In this document: in pieces, positions 13,374 to 26,522 of the stretch
How positions within the stretch are numbered: position 1 is the first letter of the stretch
Layout: every line of letters starts with the position of its first letter
Origin: Octopus vulgaris
Lineage: Eukaryota
Assembly: GCA_951406725.2 (NCBI GenBank)
Contig: OX597815.1
Location: forward strand, 19,840,001-19,904,000
Direction: 5' to 3'
Length of the DNA: 64,000 nucleotides
Program-made: the position numbers and the translations under genes
Notes under the pieces: model-generated
Seen by the model: only the letters and a program-made list of their open reading frames with translations
Databases searched by the model: none
What the model was told of the DNA's origin: nothing

Positions 13374-14448
13374 GTATACAAATAAATAAAACATATAATT
13401 CATATATAGGATAAAAGTAATTGCGATCGTTGTTATTTTTACTTAAAAACGTATAATATCATTCCAACAGCAATAATACCATTTTATTTGTTATGCACCC
13501 TTGAATAAGGACAAATTATATGAAAAGAAGTATAAAAGCTATGGTTTGAATACTCAAACCATGTTTAAGGAACTGGATAGTTATGGTATATTTTATCTCC
13601 TCCCCCACTCTTGATATGGAACTGAACTACAAAATGAAACTAATGAAGCAACAATGAAGTTATGGAAACATTAAATAAATATTTTTGAAAAAAATGATTT
13701 TATATATAAGTTAAATAAAGTATGAATGAAGTGAAGAGTTCATTTGAATTATAATATTCTGTGTTATTATTAAAATGTAAAGCAATATTTAGATCAATAG
13801 TTTACATTGAAATATGATGCGTCCAAAAAAACAAAAATGACTGAAACCAAAAAAAAAATATAAACATTGCCAAACAACAATAACAACAAAAATTTTAATA
13901 TTTTAAAATAAAGAAAACATCAGTTTAAAACTAAAGTCACATGTCCAAAGTTAAAAAAAAAAAAAATTTGAAAAATAAAAGCCACAGAAATGAAATATTC
14001 TTGAGCTGCATAAAGTAAAATCGAATGGAGAATAAGATCATTTCAAACGTAAAAATCTTTTAGATTCCTATTTCTACTTTAACTCTTCGATCCAGCAGCA
14101 GAAAATATTTCATAAATATCGGTTTTCTTCTTATTAACAACACTAACTTTCCCCTCTCCTACCACGACCACCTTTTCTCAATTTCTCTCTTTCGATTTAT
14201 CTATGGATGTGTGTATGTGTGTGTGTATGTGTGAGTGTCATACAAACACACACACATGTATGTATGTGTGTATATATTATGTATGTATGTATAGTTTATT
14301 TATCTGAGTTATTTTCTTCGCCGCTGGAGCTTCACGCCCACAATGGCAATCTTCAGCATCATCAGAAGATCGCTAAGGGCTTGAAACTCAAGTGGCTAGA
14401 AGAAGAATTCGGTTTAAATAAGCAATTTGTGTGTGCTTATACACACAC

Positions 14449-14493
<45 letters not shown>

Positions 14494-14529
14494 TATATAC
14501 ATACATACATACATACATACATACATACA

Positions 14530-14561
<32 letters not shown>

Positions 14562-14745
14562 CATATATACGCGCGTGTGTGCTGTGTACAGATATGTGTA
14601 ATACAAAAGAAAGATAGGGACATTCGACATATATCGTTTAAATATTTTGGATTTAAGTACATGTCATGACGGCTTGACTCGCAGATGTATTATTTGAAGA
14701 TTTACTGTCACGAAAAACATATCTGTTCGTTCGGACGCTGCTTAC

Positions 14746-14811
14746 CTTTCTGCTAAACAAGAAGTCAGCAAAAGTGTGTCGCAGAGAGAAACACCACAAC
14801 CTTTTTGCCAT
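14746..14811 (-). CDS. Candidate first coding exon (MAKRLWCFSLRHTFADFLFSRK, phase 0)
   Basis: Minus strand ATT-ATG-G ... AGA AAG|GTAAGC. A possible acceptor TTTCATAG lies 6 nt upstream of the ATG, and the exon sits just downstream of a CpG-rich promoter-like region. Confidence 0.4.
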
Positions 14812-14962
14812 AATAAGCTATGAAACATGTGTATATCGGAGGGGTTTTTTTCTCTTCATCAATGGCTACTCTAAGTGTTTCGTCACCAAGCCTACACATT
14901 CTTTTGTGTTTCATTAGCTTATTGTCTGTTGATCGTAAATTCGTCCGAGATTTCATACTCAC

Positions 14963-15250
14963 AACCTCCTAGGTAATTTAATACACTGCTTCTTCTAAGA
15001 CTAAAGTTTCTTCTACCACTTCGGTATCTTAAACTTCCGGTTATATCACACAGCTTCCATTCTCTAAATTTAGTGACATATCCGTCAGTAAGGATTTGGA
15101 TATGGACGTCCAAGCTCTCAGATTCGCACGACTGTATTCGTTGTGGTGACTTCGACCCCCCCTTTTTACGGTGCATATTCGGTTCGTCCGCCATGCACGC
15201 TGCATATTCAGGAAGTCCGCCTTGTACGCTTTATTTAATACCGCCAATAA
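14963..15250 (-). promoter_or_regulatory. CpG-rich promoter or 5' exon candidate
   Basis: Locally high CpG, ETS-like ACTTCCGG (about 15033) and CAGGAAGT (about 15209), YY1-like CCGCCAT (about 15188), and a minus-strand donor GTGAGT at 14962. Contains a 77-codon ATG-initiated frame (MADEPN...). Confidence 0.4.
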
Positions 15251-15682
15251 AGAAAATCCTTAATCACACTGAAACTGAGTTTCATTAATCTAAGACAGGA
15301 TTATAATCGACTGAATGGACCTCAATACATGACTGAATTTATTTTATGGGTAGGAAAGAAAGTTGACCAAGGTGATAATAGAGATTAAGAAAGATACATA
15401 ATGCATGTAATTCGGTCTGGTCCTTACCGTAACATTTCTGAATAAGTAGTTCTTTAAGCGTGGAAAAGTTTAAATACAGATCTCATGTTGAGAGACATAA
15501 ATTCAAAAACCTTCCTGTATCTTTTATAAAGATGTTTTCACCAAACCATATTATACATACAAACCTCTTTTCAACATTACGAACCATCTAGTATACATGA
15601 GTGATGGCAGGTTAAATGACACGGGTGGTTTGTTCCCTGAAATACAAAAAGTACAATTGCAATTAAATTGACAACTTTTTGG

Positions 15683-15776
<94 letters not shown>

Positions 15777-15877
15777 AAAAATAACACCTTTAATCAATTC
15801 AATAATGAAAAATTAAATTATACCATGTAGAAAATTACATATTATAGAAAGATTAAATATACGATAAAACATATAAC

Positions 15878-15925
<48 letters not shown>

Positions 15926-16003
15926 ATATATTATATTTTGTGAAATTTGATTTAGTATTTCTAAATTGAATTTTTCCCTGTAAGTTTGGAATAATATTCC
16001 CTC

Positions 16004-16175
<172 letters not shown>

Positions 16176-16240
16176 AAGATTAATCAGCCAATTGCTAAGA
16201 TGATCTGTTCTGACTGATGATATATATATATATATATTAT

Positions 16241-16296
<56 letters not shown>

Positions 16297-16349
16297 CTTA
16301 CATACATATATGCATGTATGTTAGCCTTAATCAATTTTTATTTGTATTA

Positions 16350-16830
16350 TGTATGAATTATACAAATATTTGTGGGGTGCTGCAGCACAGACCGAGATAT
16401 AGGCGCAGTGTTCATGTAAATCCAATTTTAATTTGTAGTGAGGTGACAACTGATGAAAACCGAAATGTCTTATGAGCCCACAAAAGAAGGCTTATACTGT
16501 GAAACAATCCCATTTGGCAACGTCAAATATGTAAAGTCACAAAGGGAATTCATCAAAAACTGTAAAGCCTAGCAGTTGCAGCTCTTTAGCTGCTTTAGCT
16601 GTCAGTTGTTGATGAGAATACACAGTGCAATACTATTTGCTTTTATATGTGCAGTAACGTAATTGTGGTCTTGGTGCTATTTCAAAAGGCTTGATTGTCA
16701 GGCTCTCGCACGGAAGCATGTTTTGAGTGTATCCATTCGTGAAAGCATTACATGTTTAATGTGAAATATTTAGGTTGTGCATACATTTAGGTTGTGAAAT
16801 ATTCAGGTTGTAGAATCGGTGGAAAATAAG
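16350..16830. mobile_element. Penelope-like relic with a decayed hammerhead-like motif
   Basis: GACAA-CTGATGA-AAACC-GAAA-TGTC-TT at 16445-16471. The nearby words GTTGATGAGAA and TTTAGCTGCTTTAG resemble the relic at about 52.37 kb. Confidence 0.35.
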
Positions 16831-17210
16831 AGTAAAATGATTAAAATAATAAGGAAAATTTATAGATGGTTCGGAGAGGTTTTTAGTAAAATTTTAAAAA
16901 TTGATTTGTTATATAATTTCTTTTATGTTGAAGCTATAAAATTTTAATAATAAACGAGGATTAGATACCCTTTCATTTTTATTATAAAAGTTGATATGTA
17001 TTATGAAGATGATTAATTACCACTGATTGATCTTTAACCTTGGGTTTACTTTGAGATAATAAACTTTTGATCCACGGCTTTCACTAAGTGGTCATATAGC
17101 CCTTAATTTAGCTATAGTGTTTACCTACAAATACAATATACCAACTTGTCATTCTTTTCTAAGACAGTTAAATTTAGAAACTACTTCTACTGAAGTATTA
17201 AAGGTAGTAT

Positions 17211-17984
17211 AAGGCAGCGAGCTGGCAGAAAAGTTAGCACGCCGGGTGAAGTGCTTAGTGGTATTTCATCTGCCGCTACGTTCTGAGTTCAAATCCCACC
17301 GAGGTCGACTTTGCCTTTTATCCTTTCGGGGTCGATAAATTAGGTATCAGTTGCACACTGTGTCGATGTAATCGACTTAATCCATTTGTCTGTCCTTGTT
17401 TGTCCTCTCTGTGTATAGCCCCTTGTGTATAGTAAAGAAATAGGTATTTCGTCTGTCGCTACGTTCTGAGTTCAAATTCCGCCGAGCTCGACTTTGCCTT
17501 TTATCCTTTCGGGGTCGATAAATTAAGTACTAGTTACGCACTGTAATCGACTTAATACCTATGTCTGTCCTTGTTTGTCCTCTCTGTGTGTAGCGCCTTG
17601 TGGGTAGTAAAGAAATAGGTATTTCGTCTGCCGCTACGTTCTGAGTTCAAATTCCGCCGAGCTCGACTTTGCCTTTTATCCTTTCGGGGTCGATAAATTA
17701 GGTATCAGTTGCACACTGGGCTCGATGTAATCGACTTAATACCTATGTCTGTCTTGTTTGTCCCCTCTGTGTGTAGCGCCTTGTGGGTAGTAAAGAAATA
17801 GGTATTTCGTCTGCCGCTACGTTCTGAGTTCAAATTCCGCCGAGCTCGACTTTGCCTTTTATCCTTTCGGGGTCGATAAATTAGGTATCAGTTGCACACT
17901 GGGCTCGATGTAATCGACTTAATCCCTTTGTCTGTCTTTGTTTGTCCCCTCTGTGTTTAGCCCCTTGGGGGTAGTAAAAAAATG
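17211..17984 (+). mobile_element. SINE family A tetramer (one head plus four 175-184 bp body+tail units) with an 8-bp TSD
   Basis: Units start with GGTATTTC at 17260, 17443, 17618 and 17801. GGTAGTAT occurs at 17203-17210 and 17985-17992. Confidence 0.92.
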
Positions 17985-19202
17985 GGTAGTATTATGGAGT
18001 AAATTAACTCAAACCATTTAAACCGCGTAATAAAAAGGGCACATAAATATGCAGCTTAGTTAGGTATTTCTCATATTATCCATTGAATTGTATTGAATGG
18101 GTTTGAATTAAAACCCATTTGCGCCAGAGGTGACTTAGTTTACAAGTGACAACGGTAAAACCTGTTGCTCTGAAATATTAGAGGGTTCGAGACCAAGCGT
18201 GAAGCATCAAAGCGTTCAATGTTGAATGTGAATATAGAATTATATCAAACCACAATTTACACCACGGTGTCCTGATTGATATTAATGCGATCGATGAAAT
18301 ATGCAACAATAATACGCACCGATCGATTAATTCGGTTGTACCCAATCTTTACCATTAGTGCACTTATGTGAGAAATCCAGAGTGAGCGTGGGTGTATGTA
18401 TGTATGTATACATGTGCAGCTGCGTGTGAACGTGTGAGTGTGTGTTTTGTGTGTGTCTGTGTATGTGTGTATGTGTGTGTGTGTGTGTGTGTATTAACAT
18501 AAATGTCACTGTATTTTTATTCTGCGAAAGGCTTCGGTTATAGGACTTTGGCCAAACTCGACATTGTATTCAAAGGTGTAAGGAATATTATCCATCAATT
18601 ATACATCTCCTCGGCCCAGCACAAATCTTATCGAATACTTTCGGGTAGATAAGTCATCTTTTGGCGTAAAAGGATACAATCCCAAACTCCAACTTGGTTT
18701 TTGAATCGATTCACACAATCATAGGACCACACACTCGCGCGTGAACGAACATACATAAACACGCATACACTCTCACAAACACAAATACACGTGTTCACAT
18801 CTACACACGCATATATGTACGAATGTAAGTATATATTATATGTGTGTATATGCGTGTATGTATGTATGTATGTATAGAATCGTCCAATTTAGCAACATGT
18901 GGCAGTAAAGAAAGTGGAAGCAAACAATTAGTAGCCGAGACTTTAATAAATAATATGAATGAGGACATTAATGATTGATATTTATAATTAATATTAATGA
19001 GACAGAATACTATAGAATATTAGTGACCTGGTCATAAGAATGTGATTGATAATAGCCACATTTTCAGTATAATGGTGCGGAAATTTAATCAATTTCAATA
19101 GTAATTCGTATCAATTTCCATGACCAAAATTTATTTTTTATCGAACGTAAGACCACATTTAGAAGCATCCGATTACCTAAATCCCGTCCACTATGTTAGT
19201 GT

Positions 19203-19514
19203 ATCACCGTGATCACCGTGACCGACCAGACTATCAGATGTTGCTACACATCACTGGTGACAATGCGCTTCGCATTGTTTTAGCCTTCAAATGACGCCAC
19301 CCCACTGGCTAAGCGAGCAGGCCAACAGAAGAAAGAGTGAGAGAAATTTGTGGCGAAAGAGTACAGCAGGGACCGCCACCACCCCTTGCCGGAGCTGCAT
19401 GGAGCTTTAGGTGTTTTCGCTCAATAAACACTCACAGCGCCTGGTCTGGGAATCGAAACCGCGATCCTACGACCGCGAGTCCGCTGCCCTAACCACTGGC
19501 CATTGCGCCTCCAC
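19203..19514 (-). mobile_element. Full-length tRNA-derived SINE family C1
   Basis: Minus-strand head GGAGGCGCAATGGCCAGTGGTTAGGGCAGCGGACTCGCGGTCGTAGGATCGCGGTTTCGATTCC and tail (CACGGTGAT)2. ATGTTAG flanks both sides (19193, 19515). Confidence 0.88.
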
Positions 19515-19649
19515 ATGTTAGAATATAATAGGTCCCAATGACATAAACAGTAAAGTCAACCCTAATGAGACTTGAACATATGATAAAACATTCAGTTACT
19601 CTTAGGAGGGGTAAAAAAAAGGGGGGATGGAACAGGACTCAAGGCCTTT

Positions 19650-20450
19650 TCAATGTCTCATGGTTGAAGCTCAATTTCAAATCTTGCAGATTGGTGGTGT
19701 ACAGGAAATTATAATCACGAAAGGAATGTTAGAATGATGTGTTTCTATAGAAGAACGGTTATAGTAAGATCTTGTAGAGTGTGTAGAAGTAAGATTAAGA
19801 GTGATGAAAGAAATCGTAGCATCGACTAGGAATAGATGGAGGTAATCTGTTTCTGAGACATAGACGACATTGGTAGCAACTAAGGTTAAAAGAAAAGAAA
19901 AACTAGAACGGAGAGTTTGCAAGACAGCAAATCAAAGATTGCAGATTGTGGTCGAATGAAGGGCTGTCTATCAGGGTTTTTTCTTCTTTTTCTTATATAC
20001 AATCCAGAAAATGTTTATAATTAGTGACTGTTCACATCGTATTTCAGTGCAGAGTGCGTTTTCGTTTAGTAAGGAGTTAGTAAGGGTTCTGAAGCGATAC
20101 GTTTGTGGGTGGTGTGAATGCAGTGATCTGCCTTTCGTTGCTTGATATATGAAGTGCATATGTTCGTTTACTTCGATGGGGTTATCCATGTTTCATTGCA
20201 GAATGTTTTTAAGGTCTCTCTGTATGAAAAATAATGGCAAGCTTCATCTCTGTATAAAGGACAGTGACTAGGTCTACTCTGTTTATGCATTCGTGAATTG
20301 GCGAAGCCTCTAGGTGAACAATGAGGGAAATATACGACGTAGGGTAAATTACGTGGGAAGATTTGCAAACTACTGGTTAAATTTTATCAAAGATTTTATA
20401 AGGTTGTGTATGAGAGTGAATAAAAACTATTGAGAAATCTGTCAGTAATC
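19650..20450 (-). pseudogene. Possible heavily decayed Penelope-like ORF fragment
   Basis: Stop-ridden minus-strand peptides (NIPFVII.., TLRRIFPSL..RLRQFTN) only loosely recall the PLE RT-GIY-YIG linker. Confidence 0.15.
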
Positions 20451-21138
20451 GATGTGAAAAAGTAATCTTGGGAGGAAACCACTGATCTACACTATTAGTG
20501 ATAAAGCCTGTGAGCGGTCAGCACTCTGACAGAAGCTTTGTATAGCAAACATGGTTGAAGGCTTCGCTACTTTCAAGGGCAACAACTTTGCTTTATCCAA
20601 CGTTTCCAAGGACAAGAGATCATCAGTGTGTAAGATGGTATGGAAGATTTCGTTTAGAAATATAAGTGTACTGCCATTGACTGAAAAAAAAAAATTAAAA
20701 TCTTCCAAGTGGTATGAAAGAGGATAATTTACCATTATGAACGTAAGATAAAAAGGGCAGGTAATGCAGTCAGGTGCTTTAGGGTCAAATATGCAGTTGT
20801 ATGTTTTATATATTACATGGTTTGTACCCCCGTGTATTCAAAATAAATTATATAGAAGTGTGTAAGAGGGTAAATAAAAGTGGTAATGTATGGAACTTAA
20901 TGTTTTTACATCACATCATTAAAAATGATGATTATTTCGTGTCTGAAACTGAGCTGATCAAAATATCTTATAACATAACCAAGCGGGAAGCACGTATATA
21001 TTTTATTTGAAATTAATGTTTCTGGCAATTATATCTGTACACTTTATCAAGTAAAGAGTATTATTATACATCTGGTTTTCTAAAATTATAAAAGAAAAAT
21101 TGCATCCACTTTCGATTTCAGCAGGATAGCGTGTGAGT

Positions 21139-21229
<91 letters not shown>

Positions 21230-21994
21230 TGTATGTATGTATGTATATAGCATACTATACCACGATTTGATATTTTTCTACATATAGCTTGAAATTGAAT
21301 ATGGATCTCTTCTATTTTCCTGGGAAATTTATTTTCTATTTAGTACTAAAACATTATTTTTATAAAAGTTCAAAATATAAAATACTGACAAATGAAATTT
21401 CTCGAAGGTAACATTAGAATTGATCTATCACTAATTTTAATTTAACGACAGTAGAAATTTATCTAAGCTGACAAATTTTCTTCCAATAGTCTAAACCGTC
21501 GTTTTTATAATAAATAAACGGTTTCATGTCAGTTAGTTGATCACCTTATGTATCAAATATCTTAATCTCATTATCTAAACAATTAAGTGATTAAGCACAG
21601 CAATATCCATTTGACATCGCTGCTAAAATGATATGTGTAACATTTCAACTCTAGTAATTGTAAGGAAGAAATAGATAGAGAAAGGGAAAAAATAGGAAAA
21701 TCTTTTATATAAAATAATAGTAAATTATTATTTAACATTAATCGTAACTAAATAAAAGTTATATCGCATTCCTTGAAAGAGCACAAATTTTTTTCATAAG
21801 GCACTTTTTCCAGATGGATAACATCGTTTATCTCCCTTGTTAGAATTCTTTATGGCAGTTGGCGGCAGCTGAATAGTCTCCCTTTCAACTCTTTTTTTTC
21901 CCCCTCATGATTAAATGAGATAAGAACGGGCGGAGGTTGCGTGCAAGTATATTAATGATTGGTGCACATGTACCTTCACACACAAACACATACA

Positions 21995-22035
<41 letters not shown>

Positions 22036-22109
22036 TACATATGCGTATATTTATACATACATATATGCACACATATACGTATACGTATATAAATATATAT
22101 ACAATATGC

Positions 22110-22196
<87 letters not shown>

Positions 22197-22283
22197 TATA
22201 TATATAATATATATATATAATATATATATATATATATAATATATATATGATATATATATAATATATATATAATATATGTATAT

Positions 22284-22323
<40 letters not shown>

Positions 22324-22381
22324 CATATATATAATGCATATGTATATATATATATGTTTATATTTATATAATATATATATA

Positions 22382-22466
<85 letters not shown>

Positions 22467-22467
22467 T

Positions 22468-22620
22468 GAAGGCGCAGTGGTTAGAGCGTCGAGCTTGCAA
22501 TCGTGAGGTTGTGAGTTCGATTACCGGACCGGGCTGAGTGTTGTGTTCTTGAGCAAGACACTTTATTTCACGTTTCTCCTGTTAACTCAGCTGTAGAAAT
22601 GAGTTGCGATATCACTGGTG
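22468..22620 (+). mobile_element. SINE family D, 3'-truncated
   Basis: tRNA-like head (CAGTGGTTAGAGCG..GAGTTCGATTACC) followed by GTGTTCTTGAGCAAGACACTTTATTTCACGTT, which is shared with 61571-61893. Confidence 0.8.
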
Positions 22621-22624
22621 TATG

Positions 22625-22737
<113 letters not shown>

Positions 22738-22749
22738 ATATATAAACAC

Positions 22750-23051
22750 TGAAAATGTGCAGAGAACAGCTTCTGTCATATTCAAGGGAGAAAAACTAGA
22801 AGTAGTTGATAGCCTCCATCACTTAGGGGTTCAAGTCAGTAGCGGGGGATGGATGCTCTGAAAGTGTAGCTGCTAGAATAAGAATAGCCTAGGCAAAGTT
22901 CAGAGAGTTCTTACCTCTGCTGGTGACAAAAGGCCTCTCGCTCAGAATAAAAGGCAGACTGTATAACGCATGTGTACGAACTGCCATGCTACATGGCAGT
23001 GAAACATGGGCCGTGACTACTGACGACATGCGTAAGCTTGCAAGGAATGAA
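22750..23051 (+). pseudogene. RTE-clade LINE fragment (C-terminal to the RT core)
   Basis: Translates, with a frameshift and a stop, as GEKLEVVDSLHHLG..SESVAARIRIA*AKFREFLPLLVTKGLSLRIKGRLYNACVRTAMLHGSETWAVT..MRKLARNE. LHGSETW is the usual RTE motif. Confidence 0.88.
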
Positions 23052-23161
23052 GTCGTATGCTCCCCTAGATGTGTAATACAGCGGGCATACACGACAGAGT
23101 GTAATTATAGTTGTAAAAAATTATTATCTTTCTATGGTATTTATTCCTATGCTGGCCACTT

Positions 23162-23207
23162 GATAATATCGATATTTAAATATCGATATTTAAATATCGA
23201 TATTATC
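23162..23207. repeat. Perfect 46-bp palindrome containing three TATCGATA
   Basis: GATAATATCGATATTTAAATATCGATATTTAAATATCGATATTATC equals its own reverse complement. Confidence 0.9.
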
Positions 23208-23222
23208 CTTATTTATAAATAA

Positions 23223-23277
<55 letters not shown>

Positions 23278-23281
<4 letters not shown>

Positions 23282-23360
23282 CGTAATTTAGACGACAGTT
23301 TATTCACCGCACCCTATATATACGGGTGCGGTGAATAAACTGTCGTCTAAATTACGCAAA
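23278..23360. repeat. Perfect inverted repeat with 37-bp arms (back-to-back transposon ends)
   Basis: TTTGCGTAATTTAGACGACAGTTTATTCACCGCACCC-tatatatac-GGGTGCGGTGAATAAACTGTCGTCTAAATTACGCAAA. Confidence 0.92.
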
Positions 23361-24135
23361 AATGAAAATAACACTGACGTCTTATTTTAACAGATAAATT
23401 TACCAAAATTACATAAAGATATCTCGAAATTCTAAAGAGTAAATTTATTCAATAAAATCGCCATTGGCTTCAATCACGGCCTCCAGACGACTTCGGAATC
23501 TCCTGCAACTCTTCTGGACGGTCTCCTTTTTTTAAGTTGGTGGCTACTGCCATAATCCTTGGCTTCAGTTCATCTTTGGTGTTACAAGGAGTTTTGTTGG
23601 ATTCTCGCTCAACTGCGCCCCACACATAATATTCAAGGTGGTTGCAATCTGGGGAGTTAGGTGACCTGATATTAGGGGTGATGTGGCCGCAGGAATTGTC
23701 TGACAGTCATGACTGGGTTCTCCTGCTTGTGTGACATGATGCAGAGTCCTGTTGCCGGACATAGGGTCTCCAGCAGCCTCACCTTTACCCAGGGCAGGAC
23801 TACCTCATCCGGGCAAGCCTCCGTGTTGAGTGTGAGGCCGTGTGGGAAGATGAATGGAAGCTTAACGTCGCCATCACTTGTGATTACTCCAAACACCATG
23901 ATGTTGATTGGATGTTTGGTTTCTATCACTCTCGGTACATGTCCTCAGATTTCACTGTCCCCAGATTGACACCCAAACACTGAAATGTCCATATTGGTGC
24001 TTCCAGTGCGAATGACAAGCAGCACAGCATGTTTCCAAATTTCTTGCAGAATGATTGCGTCGTGGTGCTGTTTTTCTCACAGACGGTGTCCAACTGACCT
24101 TACCATATAGTCGACAAAATCAAAAACAGACAATA
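23323..24135 (-). mobile_element. Internally deleted Tc1/mariner-superfamily transposon (D37-spaced transposase pseudogene)
   Basis: Minus strand: TKHPINIMVFGVITSDGDVKLPFIFPHG...QQDSASCHTSRRTQS*LSDN..SPNSPDCNHLEYYVWGAVERE...FRSRLEAVIEANGDFIE* (stop at 23445-23447). There are 37 residues between the second and third catalytic positions. The TIR follows a TA. Confidence 0.9.
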
Positions 24136-24151
24136 CACAAGTGCGTGTGTG

Positions 24152-24235
<84 letters not shown>

Positions 24236-24319
24236 AACCTAGAAAATACTAAGAGTTTGTCGAGGTTATCTCCTCTCCTCTGTGTGTGTGTATGTGAGTA
24301 TAAACCTAGAAAATACCTA

Positions 24320-24890
24320 GAGTTTGTCGAGGTTATCTCCTCTCCCCCAATTCTTCTCAAAATCTTACTGGAAAACATTCACACAGGCGACATTACATGA
24401 CTTTTGCACCTCCATCGGCATTGGAGGACTACTTTGTAACCAGCATTTCACAGACAAAATTCACCTTAGAACTCACTACTAGGCATGACATGGCATCAGG
24501 AACGTGCAGAGCGGAAGTCAGTTTAAAAAAGTGTAAGATTTTCACCAACCGCCACACTGACAATGTAGCAACTAGTACCATATTTAGTTACCTCCACTTT
24601 GAATAAGAAAAGAAGCAGCTCAATGACGGAGATGAAGTTAACCAAAGCTTGGATTCATCGGTGGAGTGACAAAGCTGAACACCATATGGAAAGCAAGTTT
24701 TCAATAAAGGTCAAAATGTATAAGTTCCTGGTGACTTTGTTCTTTTTCTTTAAGTTCGAAAGATGGAAACTTAAGTGGTTACGGAACATAAAATGCAGAG
24801 ATTTAAACACAATGCTTAATAGGCCGCTACAGATCAAGTACAAAGAAAGAGAAGGAGACAAACAGTATTGTCAGGCAGTAACTTAGCAAA
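24320..24890 (+). pseudogene. Old RTE-type LINE reverse-transcriptase fragment
   Basis: Frameshifted peptides: VCRGYLLSP (like VRQGCLLSP), ILLKILLENI, SIGIGGLLCNQHFTDKIHL (like NLRFADDIDL), TKLNTIWK, IKVKMYKFLV..FERW, LQIKYKE. Confidence 0.75.
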
Positions 24891-25064
24891 CATCGTGATA
24901 CACAAACACAACATTGTGAAACGATGAAAGCTCAACTGATATCGACATGTAGCTAGACATGGCACGCAGTCTAAATCCATTTCCCAGCTGTGACGAAAGA
25001 ATTATGAAACAACAATTAAGCAAATAATTAGTTTACTAATTAATTAAATATATATATATACAGT

Positions 25065-25483
25065 TCGGTATGTGGTTAAGCACATTTTTGCTGAACCCTA
25101 ATTATAATTATACTCCCACATGGGCAGTGTTCCCATTGGCAATATTCACATATGAGCAATGTTCCAGGCGGAAATTATCCCAGTGGCAATCGTCCGCGCA
25201 CGCATGTGTGTGTGTATGTGTGTGTACGTGTGAATGTGTATATATTTGTGTCTCCTTGTCTTGACATCGTATAATACTTGTAACATGTCACTGACAAACA
25301 AGTCGTACCATTCATTTCGAATTGTCTGCGGAAACTGTCTGTCCATGAAAAAAATATTTCCTTGCTTGGCAACAGGTGAGGATTGGCTGCAGGAATGGCA
25401 TCCAACTGTAGAAAGACTACCGCAATAAAGTTTGTCCGACCCATGCAAGTTTGCAAAAGTGAACGTTAAAATGATGAGGAGGA
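25065..25483 (+). mobile_element. SINE B-related copy with a different 3' tail
   Basis: Head GGTATGTGGTTAAG..TTCCCATTGGCA, internal (TG)n, then GGCAACAGGTGAGGATTGGCTGCAGGAATGGCATCCAACTGTAGAAA..TCCGACCCATGCAAG..GAACGTTAAAATGATGA. Confidence 0.6.
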
Positions 25484-25739
25484 TGTGTGCGCGTGTGTGT
25501 GTCTGTGCGCGCTCGTGCATAATTGATTAGGTACACATTTTTATTCGTCTAAGGGAGAGAAGCAAGTGAAAATGAAAAAAACCAGTCTGTTTCTACATCG
25601 GTGTACCCCATCAGTATAGAGTAAAATTTATTGAGTTATATTCAAATTATAGTTTCCGTTCTAAATCAGATGCTCGGTAAGAGAGAAAAGAAAAGCTAAC
25701 ACACAGACAGACAGACTGATAGATAGATAGCTAGCTAGC

Positions 25740-25821
<82 letters not shown>

Positions 25822-26266
25822 TTCAAAAGCCTTTCTCAGCCCATCTATGTACCGCCTGTATCATGAAGACTGCAACGTAAAGATAACATAACGAAGTGAT
25901 AATATGTTACTATATACTGGTTGCACAAGGACCAGAACCAGACTTTTTTTATGAATATAGCTGTAGAAGAAATGAAGCATGAAATATATTTTACTTACAT
26001 GAAAAAAACAACAAAAATAATAGATTTATCTTTCAGTTCAATAGTTGCTTCTCTCCCTTACACGAAAAGGTGTACACCTGATTAATGAACCGCTGTTATG
26101 AGAAAAAAAAATCGGAGAATAGCTGCCATAATTGGAAGATACTCAAAATGCACCACGCTGACGTGACGGATGGGACATATACATAAGTCCTAACCGTAAC
26201 GATTCAGTGAGTGAATGTGCGTATATATAAATGTGTGTATGTATGTGTGTGTGTGTGTGTGTGTGT

Positions 26267-26491
26267 AGGCGAGCTGGCAGAAACGTTAGCACGCTGGGCG
26301 AAATGCGGAGCGGTATTTCGTCTGCGTTACGTTGTGAGTTCAAATTCCGCCGAGGTCGACTTTGCCTTTTATCCTTTCGGGGTCGATAAATTAAGTACCA
26401 GTTACGCACTGGGGTCGATGTAATCGGCTTAATACCTATGTCTGTCCTTGTTTGTCCCCTCTGTGTTTAGCTCCTTGTGGGTAATAAAGAA

Positions 26492-26494
<3 letters not shown>
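26267..26494 (+). mobile_element. Young SINE family A (LTR-like tail)
   Basis: GGCGAGCTGGCAGAAACGTTAGCACG..GAGTTCAAATTCCGCCGAGGTCGACTTTGCC..TGTCTGTCCTTGTTTGTCCCCTCTG..AATAAAGAAATA. Confidence 0.92.

Positions 26495-26522
<28 letters not shown>

Noticed and set aside
17211-17984. CRISPR-like or tRNA-gene array
   Set aside because: The units are whole SINE bodies with no unique spacers, and the context is eukaryotic.
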